DNA of 64,000 nt from Squalus acanthias. Its lineage: Eukaryota. The stretch spans positions 2,356,001 to 2,420,000 of the forward strand of contig CM059433.1 in assembly GCA_030390025.1 (NCBI GenBank), given 5' to 3'. The notes beneath the pieces were generated by a model. The model was not told the DNA's origin and made no database searches. It saw nothing but the letters and a program-made list of their open reading frames with translations. The position numbers and the translations under genes were made by a program. Shown here piece after piece: positions 12,365 through 25,571 of this stretch. The first letter of the stretch is position 1. Each line of letters begins with the position of its first letter.

Positions 12365-13416
12365 GGGGCCATTTTCAGCAGCGCATTCAGGCACTAAAGA
12401 GCCTCCGAGGTGGCCAAGATGTGGCCTTGAGCTGAAACGCTGGTTTAGCCCGCGTTTAGCGTAAGACGACATCTTGGTAAAGGAGTTGAAGCCTGTGCTA
12501 GGAACGGCTGTCCAGAGTGCTCGTTAATGGGCTGATTGTCACTTAAAATGTCTGCTAGTGCTCATTAAAGAGGCCGCACAGCACTTTGGTGGCTAGCGCC
12601 TGTACTGATGCCCTCTCTGAACAGCGACCAGCTGTTTGGGAGTAAACATGGCATTGATGTAGCTTTAAAGTGCAACTTAAAGGGATACTCACCATTTCTT
12701 GTTCACTTGCTGCTGGAGCTGTGAAGAGGAACTCTGAAACACATCGGGAGACTTTCTGGGACACTTTGTCAAGACTTCACCAACACTCGAGCTACATGTA
12801 TTCCGGAAATTCTCTGAGGACATCACCTAAAAAGAGCAAGTGCTGTGTTACTCCACCTTATTGGACACCTTCTAGAAGTCACCTGGAGAAAGGGTGTGCT
12901 CGGTCAGGGGTATCTTGCTAGGGGTCCCCCTTGGTCTGGATGAGGAATGGGAGGAGGACATGAGGCCAGGCAGAGCAGCACCAGCTGCTGCAGAGGAGGG
13001 AGCCAGGAGGGCGAGGCGGTGTCCTTTCCTCCCCCTGCGGGTACAGGACATCCCTCCTTCTCTGGACCTCCTCCACCAGGACCTCCAGTGTCACGTCTGA
13101 GAACATGTGCGCCCTCTCCCTCGCTCCCTGAGCCATCCTGCACCGTGCCACTGTGTGCCAGCCAGAGCACTCCACACCTTCAGTGGAAGTGGGTGTGAGA
13201 AGCCCACATGTACTGCTCCATGGAAATTGCATCTAATCAGCGTTTCAGTGCTAAACCTGCAGATGTCTCTTTTAGAACCTCTAGGCAAGTTCAAATCATG
13301 GCAATCATCAATTAGCACCAAAATTCTGTGCTAAATCCAGACTTTCAAACAGGCGTGTCTTATTAGCACAGCGCCCATTTAGTGCCTGGTTTCACCCTTT
13401 GGCCAAAATAATCCCC
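12365..13416 (-). mobile_element. Non-autonomous Harbinger-derived element with a Myb/SANT fragment
   Basis: Imperfect TIRs GGGGCCCATTTT / AAAATAATCCCC flanked by ATT; ORF 12918-13232 encodes RERAHMFSDVTLEVLVEEVQRRRDVLYP. Confidence 0.65.
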
Positions 13417-13570
13417 ATTGTTTTTGGCAAGGACTGTAAGTGACTTTAATGAGGTGGCATGAATGGGAGCTGTGCGAGTTGATGCAGACAGGGTAGGGTC
13501 TGTAGATGATGCCATATTTGTGGTGAGATAGGCAAAGATGTTCATGCAGTGGCCAGATGTGATGGCAAAG

Positions 13571-16087
13571 AGAATCATAGAATGGTTACAACACAGAAGG
13601 AGGCCATTCGGCCCGTCGAGCCCGTGCCGGCTCTCTGCAAGAGCACCTCAGCTAGTCCCACTCCCTCGCCCTTTCCCCGTAGCCCTGCAAAACTTTTTCC
13701 TTCAGGTACTTATCCAATTCCCTTTTAAAAGCCACAATTGAATCTGCCTCCACCACCCTTTCAGGCAGTGAATTCCAGATCATAACCACTCGCTGCGTAA
13801 AAAGATTTTCCTCATGTTGCCTTTGGTTCTTCTGCCAATCACCTTAAATCTGTGTCCTCTGGTTCTCAACCCTTCTGCCAATAGGAACAGTTTCTCTCTA
13901 TCTACTCTGTCTGGACCCCTCATGATTTTGAACACCTCTATCCAATCTCCTCCCAACCTTCTCTGCTCTAAGGAGAACAACCCCAGCTTCTCCAGTCTAT
14001 CCACGTAACTGACGTCCCTCATCCCTGGAATCATTCTCATAAATCTTTTCTGCACCCTCTCTAAGGCCTTCACATCCTTCCGAAAGTGCGGTGCCCAGAA
14101 TTGAACACAATACTCCAGTTGAGGTCGGACCAGTGTTTTATAAAGGTTCATCATAAATTCCTTGCTTTTGTAATCTATGCCTCTATTTATGAAACCCAGG
14201 ATCCCGTATGCTTTTTTTAAGCGCTTTCTCAACCTGCCCTGCCACCTTCAATGATTTGTGCACACATACCCCCAGGTCTCTCTGTTTCTGCACACCCTTT
14301 AGAATTGTACCATTTAGTTTATATCACCTCGCCTTGTTCTTCCTACCAAAATGGATCACTTTGCAATTTTCTGCGTTAAATTTCATCTGCCACATGTCCG
14401 CCCATTCCACCAGCCTGTCTATGTTCTCTTGAAGTCTATCACTCTCCTCCTCACTGTTCACTATACTTCCAAGTTTTGTGTTAGCTGCAAATTTTGAAAT
14501 TGTGCCCTGTACACCCAAGTTCAAGACATTAATATATATCAGGAAAAGCAGTGGTCCTAGTACCGACCCCTGGGGAACACCACTGTATACCTACCTGCAG
14601 TCCGAAAAACAACTGTTCACCACTACTCTCTGTTTCCTGTTACTTAGCCAATTTCGTATCCATGCTGCCACTGTCCCTTTTATTCCATGGGCTTCAACTT
14701 TGCTGGTAAGCCTATTAAGCACTTTATCAAATGTCTTTTGGGAGTCCGTGTACATCATGTCAACCGCATTACCCTCATCAACCCTCTCTGTTACCTCATC
14801 AAAAAACTCCATCAAGTTGGTTAAACACGATTTGTCTTTAACAAATCCGTGCTGGCTTTCCTTAATTAATCCACACATGTCCAAGTGACTGTTAATTTTG
14901 TCCCGGATTATCGTTTCTAAATGCTTCCCCACTACCGAGGTTAAGCTGACTGGTCTGTAGCTGTGGGGTTTATCCTTGCACCCTTTTTTGAAAAAGGGTG
15001 TAACATTTGCAATTCTCCAGTCCTCTTGTACCACTACGTATCTAATGAGGATTGGAAGATTATGGCCAGTACCTCCACAATTTCCACCCTTTCCTCTCTT
15101 AGCATCCTAGGATGCATCCCATCCGGTCCTGGTGACTTATCTACTTTAAGTACAGCCAGCCTTCCTAGTACCTCCTCTTTATCAATTTTTATCCCATCCA
15201 ATATCTCAACTACCTCCTCTACTATGACTTTGGCAGCATCTTCTTCCTTGATAAAGATAGATGCAAAGTACTCATTTAGTACCTCAGCCATGCCTTCTGC
15301 CTCCATGCGTAGGTCTCCTTTTTGGTCTCTAATCGGCTCCACCACTCCTCTTACTACCCGTTTATTATTTGTATGCCTTAAGAGGACTTTTGGATTCCCT
15401 TTAATGTTAGCTGCCAGTCTATTCTCATACTCTCTCTTTGCCCCTCTTATTTCCTTTTTCACTTCCCCTCTGAACTTTCTATATTCAGCCTGGTTCTCAC
15501 TTGTATTCTCAACCTGACATCTGTCATACGCTCCCTTTTTCTGCTTCATCTTACTCTCTATCTCTTTTGTTATCCAGGGAGCTCTGGCTTTAGTTGCCCT
15601 ATCTTTCCCCCTCATGGGAATGTACCTCAACTGTACCCGAACCATCTCTCTTTAAAGGCAGCCCATTGTTCGATTACAGTTTTGCCTGCCAATCTTTGAT
15701 TCCAATTTACCCGGGCCAGATCCATTCTCATCCCACTGAAATTTGCCTTCCTCCAATTAAGTATTTTTACTCTAGATTGCTCCTTGTCCTTTTCCATAGC
15801 TAATCTAAACCTTATGATCACTGTTCCCTAAATGTTCACCTATTGACACTTGGTCTACTTGACCCACCTCATTCCCCAGAACCAGATCCAGCAATGCCTC
15901 CTTCCTCATTGGGCCTGAAATGTACTGATCAAGAAAGTTCTCCTGAACACACTTCAGAAATTCTTCCCCCTCCCTGCCCTTCACGCTATTACTATCCCAG
16001 TCTATATTAGGATAATCACTACTCTATAGTTCTTGCACAGCTCTGTAATTTCCCTGCAAATGTGCTCTTCTACATTCTTCCCACTAG
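13571..16087 (-). mobile_element. CR1 LINE, 5'-truncated (end of APE, RT, 3' tail), decayed
   Basis: ORFs 15034-15645, 14591-15034, 14324-14524 and 13780-14232 carry [22 protein letters not shown] and LVRPQLEY; tail agaatcatagaa at 13571. Confidence 0.95.
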
Positions 16088-17287
16088 TGTTATAAATATA
16101 TAATAACAGCATATCAGTTGGTGTTATCAACATCACTTGTAACACATATTTACCAAGGCATGTTCTAATAAGTAGTTAGCATATATTAACACTATTAATC
16201 ACATCCAGTGTGGCATTTTGTGTTTTTAATCACATCAATTTACAGTAGAAAGGTCTGGAGTACATTTACTTGAATACTGTATATGATTTTTTTAAGAAGG
16301 AATACTAAAATTGAAAATCTCCCGTTGATTTTTTTTAGTTTTAAAGTAGTCTACAAAAACAAGCAGAAAAGTAAATAAAGTAAAATAAAAACTAGGAATG
16401 AGCTTGAAATGGTCTCTTTACCCAGCTTAAATAATTCATGACACGTTTTAGTTTGAATAAGCTGTGACTGTATTTGTATTTTCCAGAATAATTGACTGGA
16501 CAGACAGGCAGGTGATGTGCTGTGTCTGTCAGTGCTGCTTTCAGGAATGCGCACACACTGACTTGCCTCCAATCCCTCGCTCTCCCTCCCAGACAAGTAG
16601 ATCTTGATTTAGATTGCACATCCACGTTGCTCACCTGAGATCAGGAAATTGTGTGTGTGTGGCATTGATGGTCCCAAATCCACATCTTATGATTGGTGCG
16701 AATGTTAGTCCATTGGGGTGCAGGATCACTGCTGTGGCACTTTCTTAAATGACTTGGAAATTTATTTAGAACTATTGTACAAGTCTACAAAGAAAGTATG
16801 TGGAGAAAAGGTAATTTTATTTTTGCAAGAGCATGGGCAGATCAAAGGTCCTGGGAACTTGATAACCAGGGGTATTATGGATCTGCAGAGTATGCCAGAA
16901 AAGTATGTGTGTGTGTATGAAGTAACAGAGAATTGGTTTGCTTGATCTGAGGAATTCTAGCTACACACTGTAACATATGGGAGGAGAAACTTTTCTGGAG
17001 CATACTTTCCAGAACATACACACGACAGATTGAGACAGGTAAGAGAATCAGATTCCGAAGTGTGGAGCAGAGGGATGGGCCACAATGCTTTGTGGGAAAG
17101 GGAGTAGACTGGAGGCGCTATTGCAGGAAATCAGTTGGAGTCTGGACATGTCTAACAGGTATGATGTGTTTGATCCATAGGATGTGAATGATGACAGTAA
17201 TACATGATGAGTAATCAGAAGCAACAGTACTGCATTGTGGAGCAACAGGTTGCCAATGGAGATAAGATTGAGACTATTCAAGGTTTT

Positions 17288-18716
17288 TTAAAAATTTGTT
17301 TATGGGATGTGGGCGTCGCTGGCAAGGCCAGCATTTATTGCCCATCCCTAGTTGCCCTTGAGAAGGTGGTGGTGAGCTGCCTTCTTGAACCGCTGCAGTC
17401 CATGTGGTGAAGGTACTCCCACAGTGCTGTTAGGTAGGGAGTTCCAGGATTTTGACCCAGCGACGATGAAGGATCGGTGATATATTTCCAAGTCAGGATG
17501 GTGTGTGACTTGAAGGGGAACTTGGAGGTGGTGGTGTTCCCATACGCCTGCTGCCCTTGTCCTTCTAGGTGGAAGAGGTCGCGGGTTTGGGAGGTGCTGC
17601 TGAAGAAGCCTTTGTGAGTTGCTGCAGTGCATCTTGTAGATGGTACACACTGCAGCCACGGTACGCCGGTGGTGGAGGGAGTGAATGTTTAAGGTGGTAG
17701 ATGGGGTGCCAATCAAGCGGGCTGCTTTGTCCTGGATGGTGTCGAGCTTCTTGAGTGTTGTTGGAGCTGCACTCATCCAGACAAGTGGTGAGTATTCCAT
17801 CACACTCCTGACTTGTGCCTTGTAGATGGTAGAAAGGGTTTGGGGAGTCAGAAGTTGAGACACTCGCCGCAGAATACCTAGCCTCTGACCTGCTCTTGTT
17901 GCCACAGTATTTATGTGGCTGGTCCAGTTAAGTTTCTGGTCAATGGTGACCCCCCAGGATGTTGATGGTGGGGGATTCAGCGACGGTAATGTCATTGAAT
18001 GTCAAGGGGCAGTGGTTAGACTCTCGCTTGTTGGAGATAGTCATTGCCTGGCACTTGTGTGGCGCGAATGTTACCTGCCACTTATCAGCCCAAGTCTGAA
18101 TGTCATCCAGGTCTTGTTGCCTGCGGGCATGGACTGTTTCATTATTTGAGGAGTTGTGAATGGCACTGAACACTGCAGTCATCAGCAAACATCCTCATTT
18201 CTGACTTTTTGTTGGAGGGAAGGTCATTGATGAAGCAGTTGAAGATGGTTGGGCCTCGGACATTGCCCTGAGTAACTCCTGCAGCGACGTCCTGGGGCTG
18301 TGATGATTGACCTTCAATCACCACAACCATCTTCCTTTGTGCTAGGTATGAATCCAGCCAGTGGAGAGTTTTCCCCCTGATTCCCATTGATTTCAGTTTT
18401 ACTCGGGCTCCTTGATGCCACACTCGGTCAAATGCTACCTTGATGTCAAGGGCAGTCACTCTCACCTCACCTCTGGAATTCAGCTCCTTTTTCCATGTTT
18501 GGACCAAGGCTGTAATGAAGTCGGGAACTGAGTGGTCTTGGCGGAACCCAAATTGGAGTAAGTGCCGCTTGATAGCACTGTCGATGACACCTTCCATCGC
18601 TTTACTGATGATTGAGAGTAGACTGATAGGGCGGTAATTGGCCGGATTGGATTTGTCCAGCTTTTTGTGGACAGGACATACCTGGGCAGTTTTCCACATT
18701 GTCGGATAGATGCCAC
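17288..18716 (-). mobile_element. Non-LTR retrotransposon RT/3' end of a second CR1/L2-group lineage
   Basis: NYRPISLLS, QFGFR, ALDIKVAFDRVWH, MFADD, IYKAQVRSVMEY; frameshifted; clearly diverged from the main CR1 family. Confidence 0.9.
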
Positions 18717-18834
18717 AGGCAGGGTACATGCAGGTGGCAGTCGTGAGAAAGCCTGTTTTATAGATCCTACCAACGTCCCAATCAGTGTGTTGTCCCCAGG
18801 GTTCGGATTTTCCTCCTCTTGACGATATTGCATT

Positions 18835-21588
18835 GGGGGGTGGAATTTATGACCACCACCCTGACACCATCATGATCCCGGTCCTTTTTCCTGGATCAGT
18901 GATCATTTGTTATGTAGGCTGAGCTGCTGGTGACCTCCCTGCCATCAAGAGGAGGCCCATCACTGTAAGCTGCAAAATTCCAGCAGTGCAGCATCAGGAC
19001 CACCGCTGCAGCACGTGAAGAGGGCACCCAACGTTTAATTGAGGCAGGAGAGCCCCGAAGAGGAGAGGTAGATTTTTTTTTAGGACTTTGACCACACGTG
19101 TGAGGACATTAAACTTCCTGTGGCACTGGAGGCCTTGGTCCTGGGGGTTCAAAGGTGATGTCAGGTCCTCTACCTGCAGGGGAGCAGGAGGCCTTCCAGG
19201 CAGAACACTAGAAGGATGTGGGAGGAGATAGCTGAAGCTGTCAGTGCGACAAGTGTTGTCCCCAGGACCTGGATCCAATGCCGCAAGAAGTTTAATGACC
19301 TCACACGAGTGGTCAAGGTGAGTGAATGCATATTCAAATGCCATATCCCACCAACTTCACCACAAGCCTAACACACTGCTCAATGCACCACACCCCCATC
19401 ACTCACCTACCAACAATCTCCATCAATCACAACTCATACCTCACAATCGAAACTTTGCCTCACCCTCACGCACTTACCACTGCTGCAAGACTCACACCCG
19501 CATCTCACACCTTGCACACATCGCCAGATATTCAACCATGACAGGCACATCACCCAAACACATTGCACCACACTCACTGACACACACTTCACCCAAACAC
19601 ATTGCACCACACTCACTGACACACTTCACCCAAACACACTGCACTACACTCACTGACACACATCACCCAAACACATTGCACTACACTCACTGACACACTT
19701 CACCCAAACACACTGCACCACACTCACTGACACACTTCACCCAAACACATTGCACCACACTCACCGACACACATCACCCAAACACATTGCACCACACTCA
19801 CTGACACACTTCACCCAAACACATTGCACTACACTCACTGACACACTTCACCCAAACACATTGCACCACACTCACTGACACACTTCACCCAAACACATTG
19901 CACCACACTCACTGACACACTTCACCCAAACACATTGCACCACACTCACTGACACACTTCACCCAAACACATTGCACCACACTCACTGACACACTTCACC
20001 CAAACACATTGCACCACACTCACTGACACACTTCACCCAAACACATTGCACTACACTCACTGACACACTTCACCCAAACACACTGCACCACACTCACTGA
20101 CACACTTCACCCAAACACACTGCACCATACTCACTGACACACTTCACCCAAACACATTGCACCACACTCACTGACACACTTCACCCAAACACACTGCACC
20201 ACACTCACTGACACACTTCACCCAAACACATTGCACCACACTCACTGACACACTTCACCCAAACACACTGCACCATACTCACTGACACACTTCACCCAAA
20301 CACATTGCACCACACTCACTGCCACACTTCACCCAAACACATTGCACCACACTCACCGACACTCTTCCCTTTCTCTTGCAGGCAAAGTTGGCTCATAACT
20401 GCCAGGAGCAACAGCAGTTGTCCAAGGGGAAGCCTGACTGCAGAACCTCACAGAGCTGGAGGAAGCAGTGCTGGAGATCACTGGAGGGGGAGTCACAGAG
20501 TCCATGGCGAGCGAGGAAGTTGAAAGCATTGCTGAGGATGATGGTACGCTCATACCTAATCCTTCTTCGCACATCCCACTTCCCCCTCATCCCACAATCT
20601 CTTCTCACTTACAATCTGCTGATGGTGTAAGCATGGATACCTTGTTTTCCCCCACACTCACCTCAACCCGACCCTTGTGCCTTTCTCCTTTCAGATACTC
20701 AAGAAGTCCCACCAGCCCAACCTGTCACCAAAGTTATGGAGGAGGAGACTGAAGGAGAAGAGGCACCATCACTCCATCTGACACTCGCAGGCAGCAGCTC
20801 AGGAAATAACACTGTGCAGATGTTAGCGTGTAGTATAGAGACGGGAACTACACGTGGTGAGTCACCGGGCACAAGTGGGCTGCAGCCAGGCCAGGGGGAA
20901 GGGTAGCTTGGGGGCCTGCTCCCCGGAGGGCAAGTTTGTGCATGGATTCTGCTGCACAGGACTCTGATGATGACCTTGATGGGGCAGCGTTCAGAAGAAG
21001 GGTGATGGGTATGCCCACAGAAATGCTAGGTGCAATGGCAAGCCTGCCAGAGAGCCTCTTGTCAGTGTCAAGGAGGATGGAGGAGTCCGGCTCTAACATT
21101 GCACGGGGCTTTGCGCGGAGTTTGGAGCCCATGATTTCCATGATGGAAATGACGGACAACTCCAGGAGAGACCTTGTGGACTGAACCATGATGCTGCGTG
21201 TGATGGGCGAGGCTTCATTGCAGCACAGGCGGAAGCGACCCAATGTCTCAGTGCTGCAGTGGAAGCTCAGACTGCTCTCCTGCAAGCTCAGACTGCTGCC
21301 ATGGCTGGGTTTACGAGTGTGGAAAGGGGCTTGCAGGGTGTCACAGCATTCCAGCACTCTGTGCTCCGACAGAGTGCCAGGAATGCTGAAGCGCAGCCCA
21401 GGGGGATTGGCTGTGGCTCCGTGGAGAAAGAACCTGCTGTCCTCTTCAGGATGACAACATTCCTACTCCCAACACTGCCACTCCGCCAGTGCCCTTGCTG
21501 CTGCCTGTCATCTGCTGCTGGACCTGATATTTTTTTCATTCTAACGGGCCTTAACGGCCGGCGCTAAGGTGCTGAATTTCGCGGCCTA
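18835..21588 (+). mobile_element. Degenerate Harbinger-derived element retaining the three-exon Myb/SANT gene structure
   Basis: QCRKKFNDLTRVVK|gtgagt (about 19317), ttgcag|gcaaagttggctcataac (20381), gatg|gtacgc (about 20543) and ctttcag|atac (about 20694) mirror the gene at 45021-46819; several frameshifts. Confidence 0.82.
19551..20360. repeat. Minisatellite, 37-bp unit (a few 39 bp), about 22 copies
   Basis: Unit CACCCAAACACATTGCACCACACTCACTGACACACTT repeated head to tail. Confidence 0.95.
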
Positions 21589-22573
21589 TGAGGATAAGAG
21601 CTTTTACAAGTAAGTAAGCTGTGTATAAGCATGAAACCACTATGGTAAATAACAACAACATGAAGAAACAAGCTAGGCTGCAGTGATGACAACGGATGCT
21701 TCATAATTCTGTACACACATGCCAGAAGTTTTAAAAATGCTCTGTAAAATCTCTAACACTTTCTAGGGCCTCGACTCTATCCATCCATTGGTGTCACAGA
21801 GACTTGGCTAAATAATGATAACGGTTGGTGGATGAATTTACAGCGATATTGTGACATGGGCACAGAGAGGATAAACTAGGAGAGGGTATGGCTTTTTACA
21901 TGTGGAAGGACAAGATGATAACTTAGGTGGATACATTGGGATCAGGTGCAGATAAAATAGAAATATTGTGGATGAAAATAAGGGACCTTATCGGAAAAGG
22001 TAACTAATGAGATCTGTTATAGATCAATTCAATTCAACCTTTGGAACTTTATACTCAAATAAAGGAAATATAAGAGGGATTAAACACACATTATGGGCAA
22101 CTTCAATGTACCGGTGATAAATAGGGAGAATTATAATGGCAGTAAAAGATGGGAACATGTGCTTCTGCACTGGTATGTGACTCAAGTGGGTAAGAAATTG
22201 GCATGGGGTGAAGAGAGGTTTGATATTAGTCTTTGTGGTGTATGGTTGAATGGCTAGTTTATGCCCTAGAGTTTTTACAGAGCATTGGTTCAGTTACCGC
22301 ACTGCCCCTCACCCCACCCCGCCCTCTTTTTGTATTGTGTACAATTATGCTTGCTGCGTTGCCTCTAGGACATCTTGGCTTTGGAGAAGATACAAACAAG
22401 GGCAATTAAGCTGATACCTGTGATTAGAAATCTGAGGTAAAAAGTGTGAAATGTTTATACTTGAAAAGATAAGGCTGAGGGGATCTTATTGAAGTATGTG
22501 AAATCCCTACTAATATAGAAAATGCTGGAAATACTCAGCAGGTCAGGCAGCATCTGTGGAGAGAGAGAAACAG

Positions 22574-22610
22574 AGTTAATGTTTCAGGTCGATGACCCTT
22601 CGTCAGAACT
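22574..22610 (-). ncRNA. Minimal type I hammerhead ribozyme motif (Penelope-associated)
   Basis: Reverse strand reads AGTT-CTGACGA-A-GGGTC-ATC-GACCT-GAAA-CA-TT-AACT: both core boxes, stem I and stem II; the stem III palindrome ACGT appears mutated to ACAT. Confidence 0.75.
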
Positions 22611-23233
22611 GGAAAAAGTTGGAGATGGAACAGGTTTTTAAGCAAGTGTAGGGGCAGGGAAAGGGGGAGGGGAGGAAAGAACAAAAGGGAAGGTCTGTGA
22701 TAGGGTGGAAGGCAGGAGAGATGAAGAGACAAAAGGGATGATGTTGCAAGGCAAAAAGAGATGGTAATGGGACAAGTTAAGAAACAAAAGATGACTCTAG
22801 ATGAAGTGTAAATGGCACTGGCAGAATGATCGACAGCTGCCATGTGAGAGAGAGAAAAAAATGATAGGGGTAGAGGTTATGGTCTGAAATTGTTGAACTC
22901 GATGTTCAGTCCAGAAGGCTGTAAAGTGCCTAATCGAAAGATGAGGTGCTGTTCCTCGAGCTTACGTTGAGCTTCATTGGAACAGTGTAAGAGGCCGAGG
23001 ACGGAGAGGTCAGAGTGGATCAGAGAATTAAAGTGACAGGCGACCGGAAGCTCGGGGTCACCCTTACGGACTGAACGGAGGTGTTCTGCAAAGCGGTCTC
23101 CCAATCTTCGTTTGGTCTCCCCAATGTAAAGGAGACCACATCGTGAGCAGCGAATACAGTATAATAAATTGTAAGAAGTACAAGTAAATCGCTGTTTCAC
23201 CTGGAAGGAGTGTTTGGGGCCCTGGACAGTGGG

Positions 23234-23450
23234 AAACATAGACATAGAAAACATAGAAGATAGGAGCAGGAGTAGGCCATTCGGCCCCTCGAGCCTGCTC
23301 CGCCATTTAATGAGATCATGGCTGATCATCCAAATTCAGTACCCTGTCCCTGCTTTCTCCCCATATCCCTTGATCCCTTTAGCCTTAAGAAATATATCTA
23401 ACTCCTTCTTGAATATATTTAATGAATTGGCCTCAACTGCCTTCTGTGGC
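23234..23450 (-). mobile_element. CR1 3'-end fragment inserted into the Penelope ORF
   Basis: Same tail as 8738 and 24481; it interrupts the Penelope reading frame between CNTCPFTSS and TVQGPK. Confidence 0.9.
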
Positions 23451-24135
23451 AGGGAGGAGGTAAAAGGGCAGGTGTTGCATCTCCTGCACTTGCACTTGAA
23501 GGTGCCGGGCGAAGGCGAAGGGGAAGGGGTGTTATGGGTGATTGAGGAGTGGACTAGGGTGTCACGGAGGGAGCGGTCCCTTTGGGATGCTGAAAGGGGA
23601 GGTGAGGGGAAGATTTGTTTGGTGGTGGGATCATGCTGGAGGTGGCGGAAATGGCGGAGGATGATCCGTTGAATGTGGAGGCTGGTGGGGTGAAAGGTGA
23701 GGACAAGGGGAACTCTATCGTGGTTCTGGGAGGGAGGGGAAGGGGTGAGAGCAGAAGTGCGGGAAATGGAACAGACATTGTCAAGGGCCGTGTCAACCAC
23801 GGTAGAGGGGAATCCTCGGTTGAGGAAAAAGGAAGACATGTCGGAAGCACTGGTATGGAAGGGACCGCTTCCTCCGCAACACCCTGGTCCACTCTTCCAT
23901 CACCTCCAACACCCCTTCCCCTTCGCCCGGCACCTTCACGTGCAAGCGCAGGAGATGCAACACCTGCCCTTTTACCTCCTCCCTTCCCTTTTGCCTTGCA
24001 CCATCATCCCTTTTGTCATTTGATCTCTCCTGCCTTCCATCCTATCACAGACCTTCCCGTTTGTTCTTTCCTCCCCTCCCCCCTCTCCCTGCCCCTACAA
24101 TTGCTTAAAAACCTGTTCCATCTCCAACTTTTTCC

Positions 24136-24172
24136 AGTTCTGACGAAGGGTCATCAACCTGAAATGTTAACT
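24136..24172 (+). ncRNA. Minimal type I hammerhead ribozyme motif (second, inverted copy)
   Basis: AGTT-CTGACGA-A-GGGTC-ATC-AACCT-GAAA-TG-TT-AACT; one stem II mismatch, and stem III reads ATGT instead of ACGT. Confidence 0.7.
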
Positions 24173-24480
24173 CTGTTTCTCTCTCCACAGATGCTGCCTG
24201 ACCTGCTGAGTATTTCCAGCATTTTCTGTTTTTATTTCAGATTTCCAGCATCCACAGTATTTTGCTTTTGTATTAATCCCTACTAATATGTTTGATATAG
24301 TTAGGAACTATACAACAAGGAGCCACAGACTCGAGCTCAAAAGAGAAAGGTGAAGAATTTATATTTAATTACTTTACACAGAGGGCAATGGATATTTGGA
24401 ATGCATTGCCCAGGAAGGTAATTACGGTGGATTTTGCAGGGAGCTGGATGAATATTTGGCAGGGCAAGCAATTGAGGGGT

Positions 24481-25571
24481 AACATAGAAACATAGAAGAT
24501 AGGAGCAGGAGTAGGCCATTCGGCCCCTCTAGCCTGCTCCGCCATTTAATGAGATCATGGCTGATCATCCAAATTCAGTACCCTGTCCCTGCCTTCTCCC
24601 CATATCCCTTGATCCCTTTAGCCTTAAGAAATATATCCAACTCCTTCTTGAATATAATCAATGAATTGGCCTCTACTGCCTTCTGTGGTAGAGAATTCCA
24701 CAGGTTCACCACTCTCTGGGTGAAGAAATTCCTCCTAATTTCTGTCCTAAATGGCTTACCCCTTATCCTTAGACTGCGACCCCTGGTTCTGGACTCCCCC
24801 GCCATCGGGAACATCCTTCCTGCATCTAGTCTGTCTAGTCCTGTTAGAATTTTATAAGTTTCAATGAGATCCCCTCTCATTCTTCTAAACTCCAGTGAGT
24901 ATAAGCCCAATCGACCCAATCTCTCCTCATACGTCATTCCTGCCATCCCAGGTATCAGCCTGGTGAATCTTCGCTGAACTCCTTGCATGGAAAGAACCTC
25001 CTTCCTCAGATAAGGCGACCAAAACTGCACACAATACTCAAGATGTGGTCTCACCAAGGCCCTGTACAACTGCAGCAGGACATCCTTGTTCCTGTACTCA
25101 AACCCTCTCGCTATGAAGGCCAACATACCATTTGCCTTCTTAACCGCCTGCTGCACCTGCATGCTTACCTTCAGCGACTGGTGCACAAGGACACCCAGGT
25201 CTCATTGCACTTCCCCTTCTCCCAATCTATTGCCATTCAGATAATGATCTGCCTTCCTGTTTTTGACACCAAAGTGGATAACCTCGCATTTATCCACATT
25301 ATATTGCATCTGCCATGCTTCTGCCCAATCACCCAGCCTGTCCAAATCATCCTGGAGTTTCTCGGCATCCTCCTCACAGCATACACGCCCACCCAGCTTT
25401 GTGTCGTCTGCAAACTTGGAGATATTACATCTAGTTCCCTTGTCTAGATCATTAATATATATTGTGAATAGCTGGGGTCCTAGCACCGATCCCTGCGGTA
25501 CCCCACTAGTCACTGCCTGCCACTCGGAAAAAGACCCGTTTATTCCAACTCTCTGCTTTCTGTCTGCCAAC
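24481..25571 (-). mobile_element. CR1 LINE 3' portion (RT C-terminus plus tail)
   Basis: ORFs 25202-25570 and 24575-25186 carry [19 protein letters not shown] and LVRPHLEY. Confidence 0.95.

Larger units (their letters stand above)
22517..24274 (-). mobile_element. Penelope-like element: GIY-YIG 3' region plus inverted partial terminal repeat, 15-bp TSD
   Basis: Minus strand encodes NLLYCIRCSRCGLLYIGETKRRLGDRFAEH...HFN...QPSGLN (GIY-YIG); about 23870-24274 is an inverted copy of the terminal region; TSD AATCCCTACTAATAT at 22502-22516 and 24275-24289. Confidence 0.93.
21760..24480 (+). mobile_element. Old, highly decayed CR1 remnant hosting the Penelope insertion
   Basis: Traces of APE (GVTETWL, MGNFN) and of the ORF2 C-terminus (ALEKIQTRAIKLIP) on both sides of 22517-24274. 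Confidence 0.55.

Noticed and set aside
19551..20360. CRISPR-like 37-bp repeats
   Set aside because: Head-to-tail units with no spacers; derived from a transposon intron.
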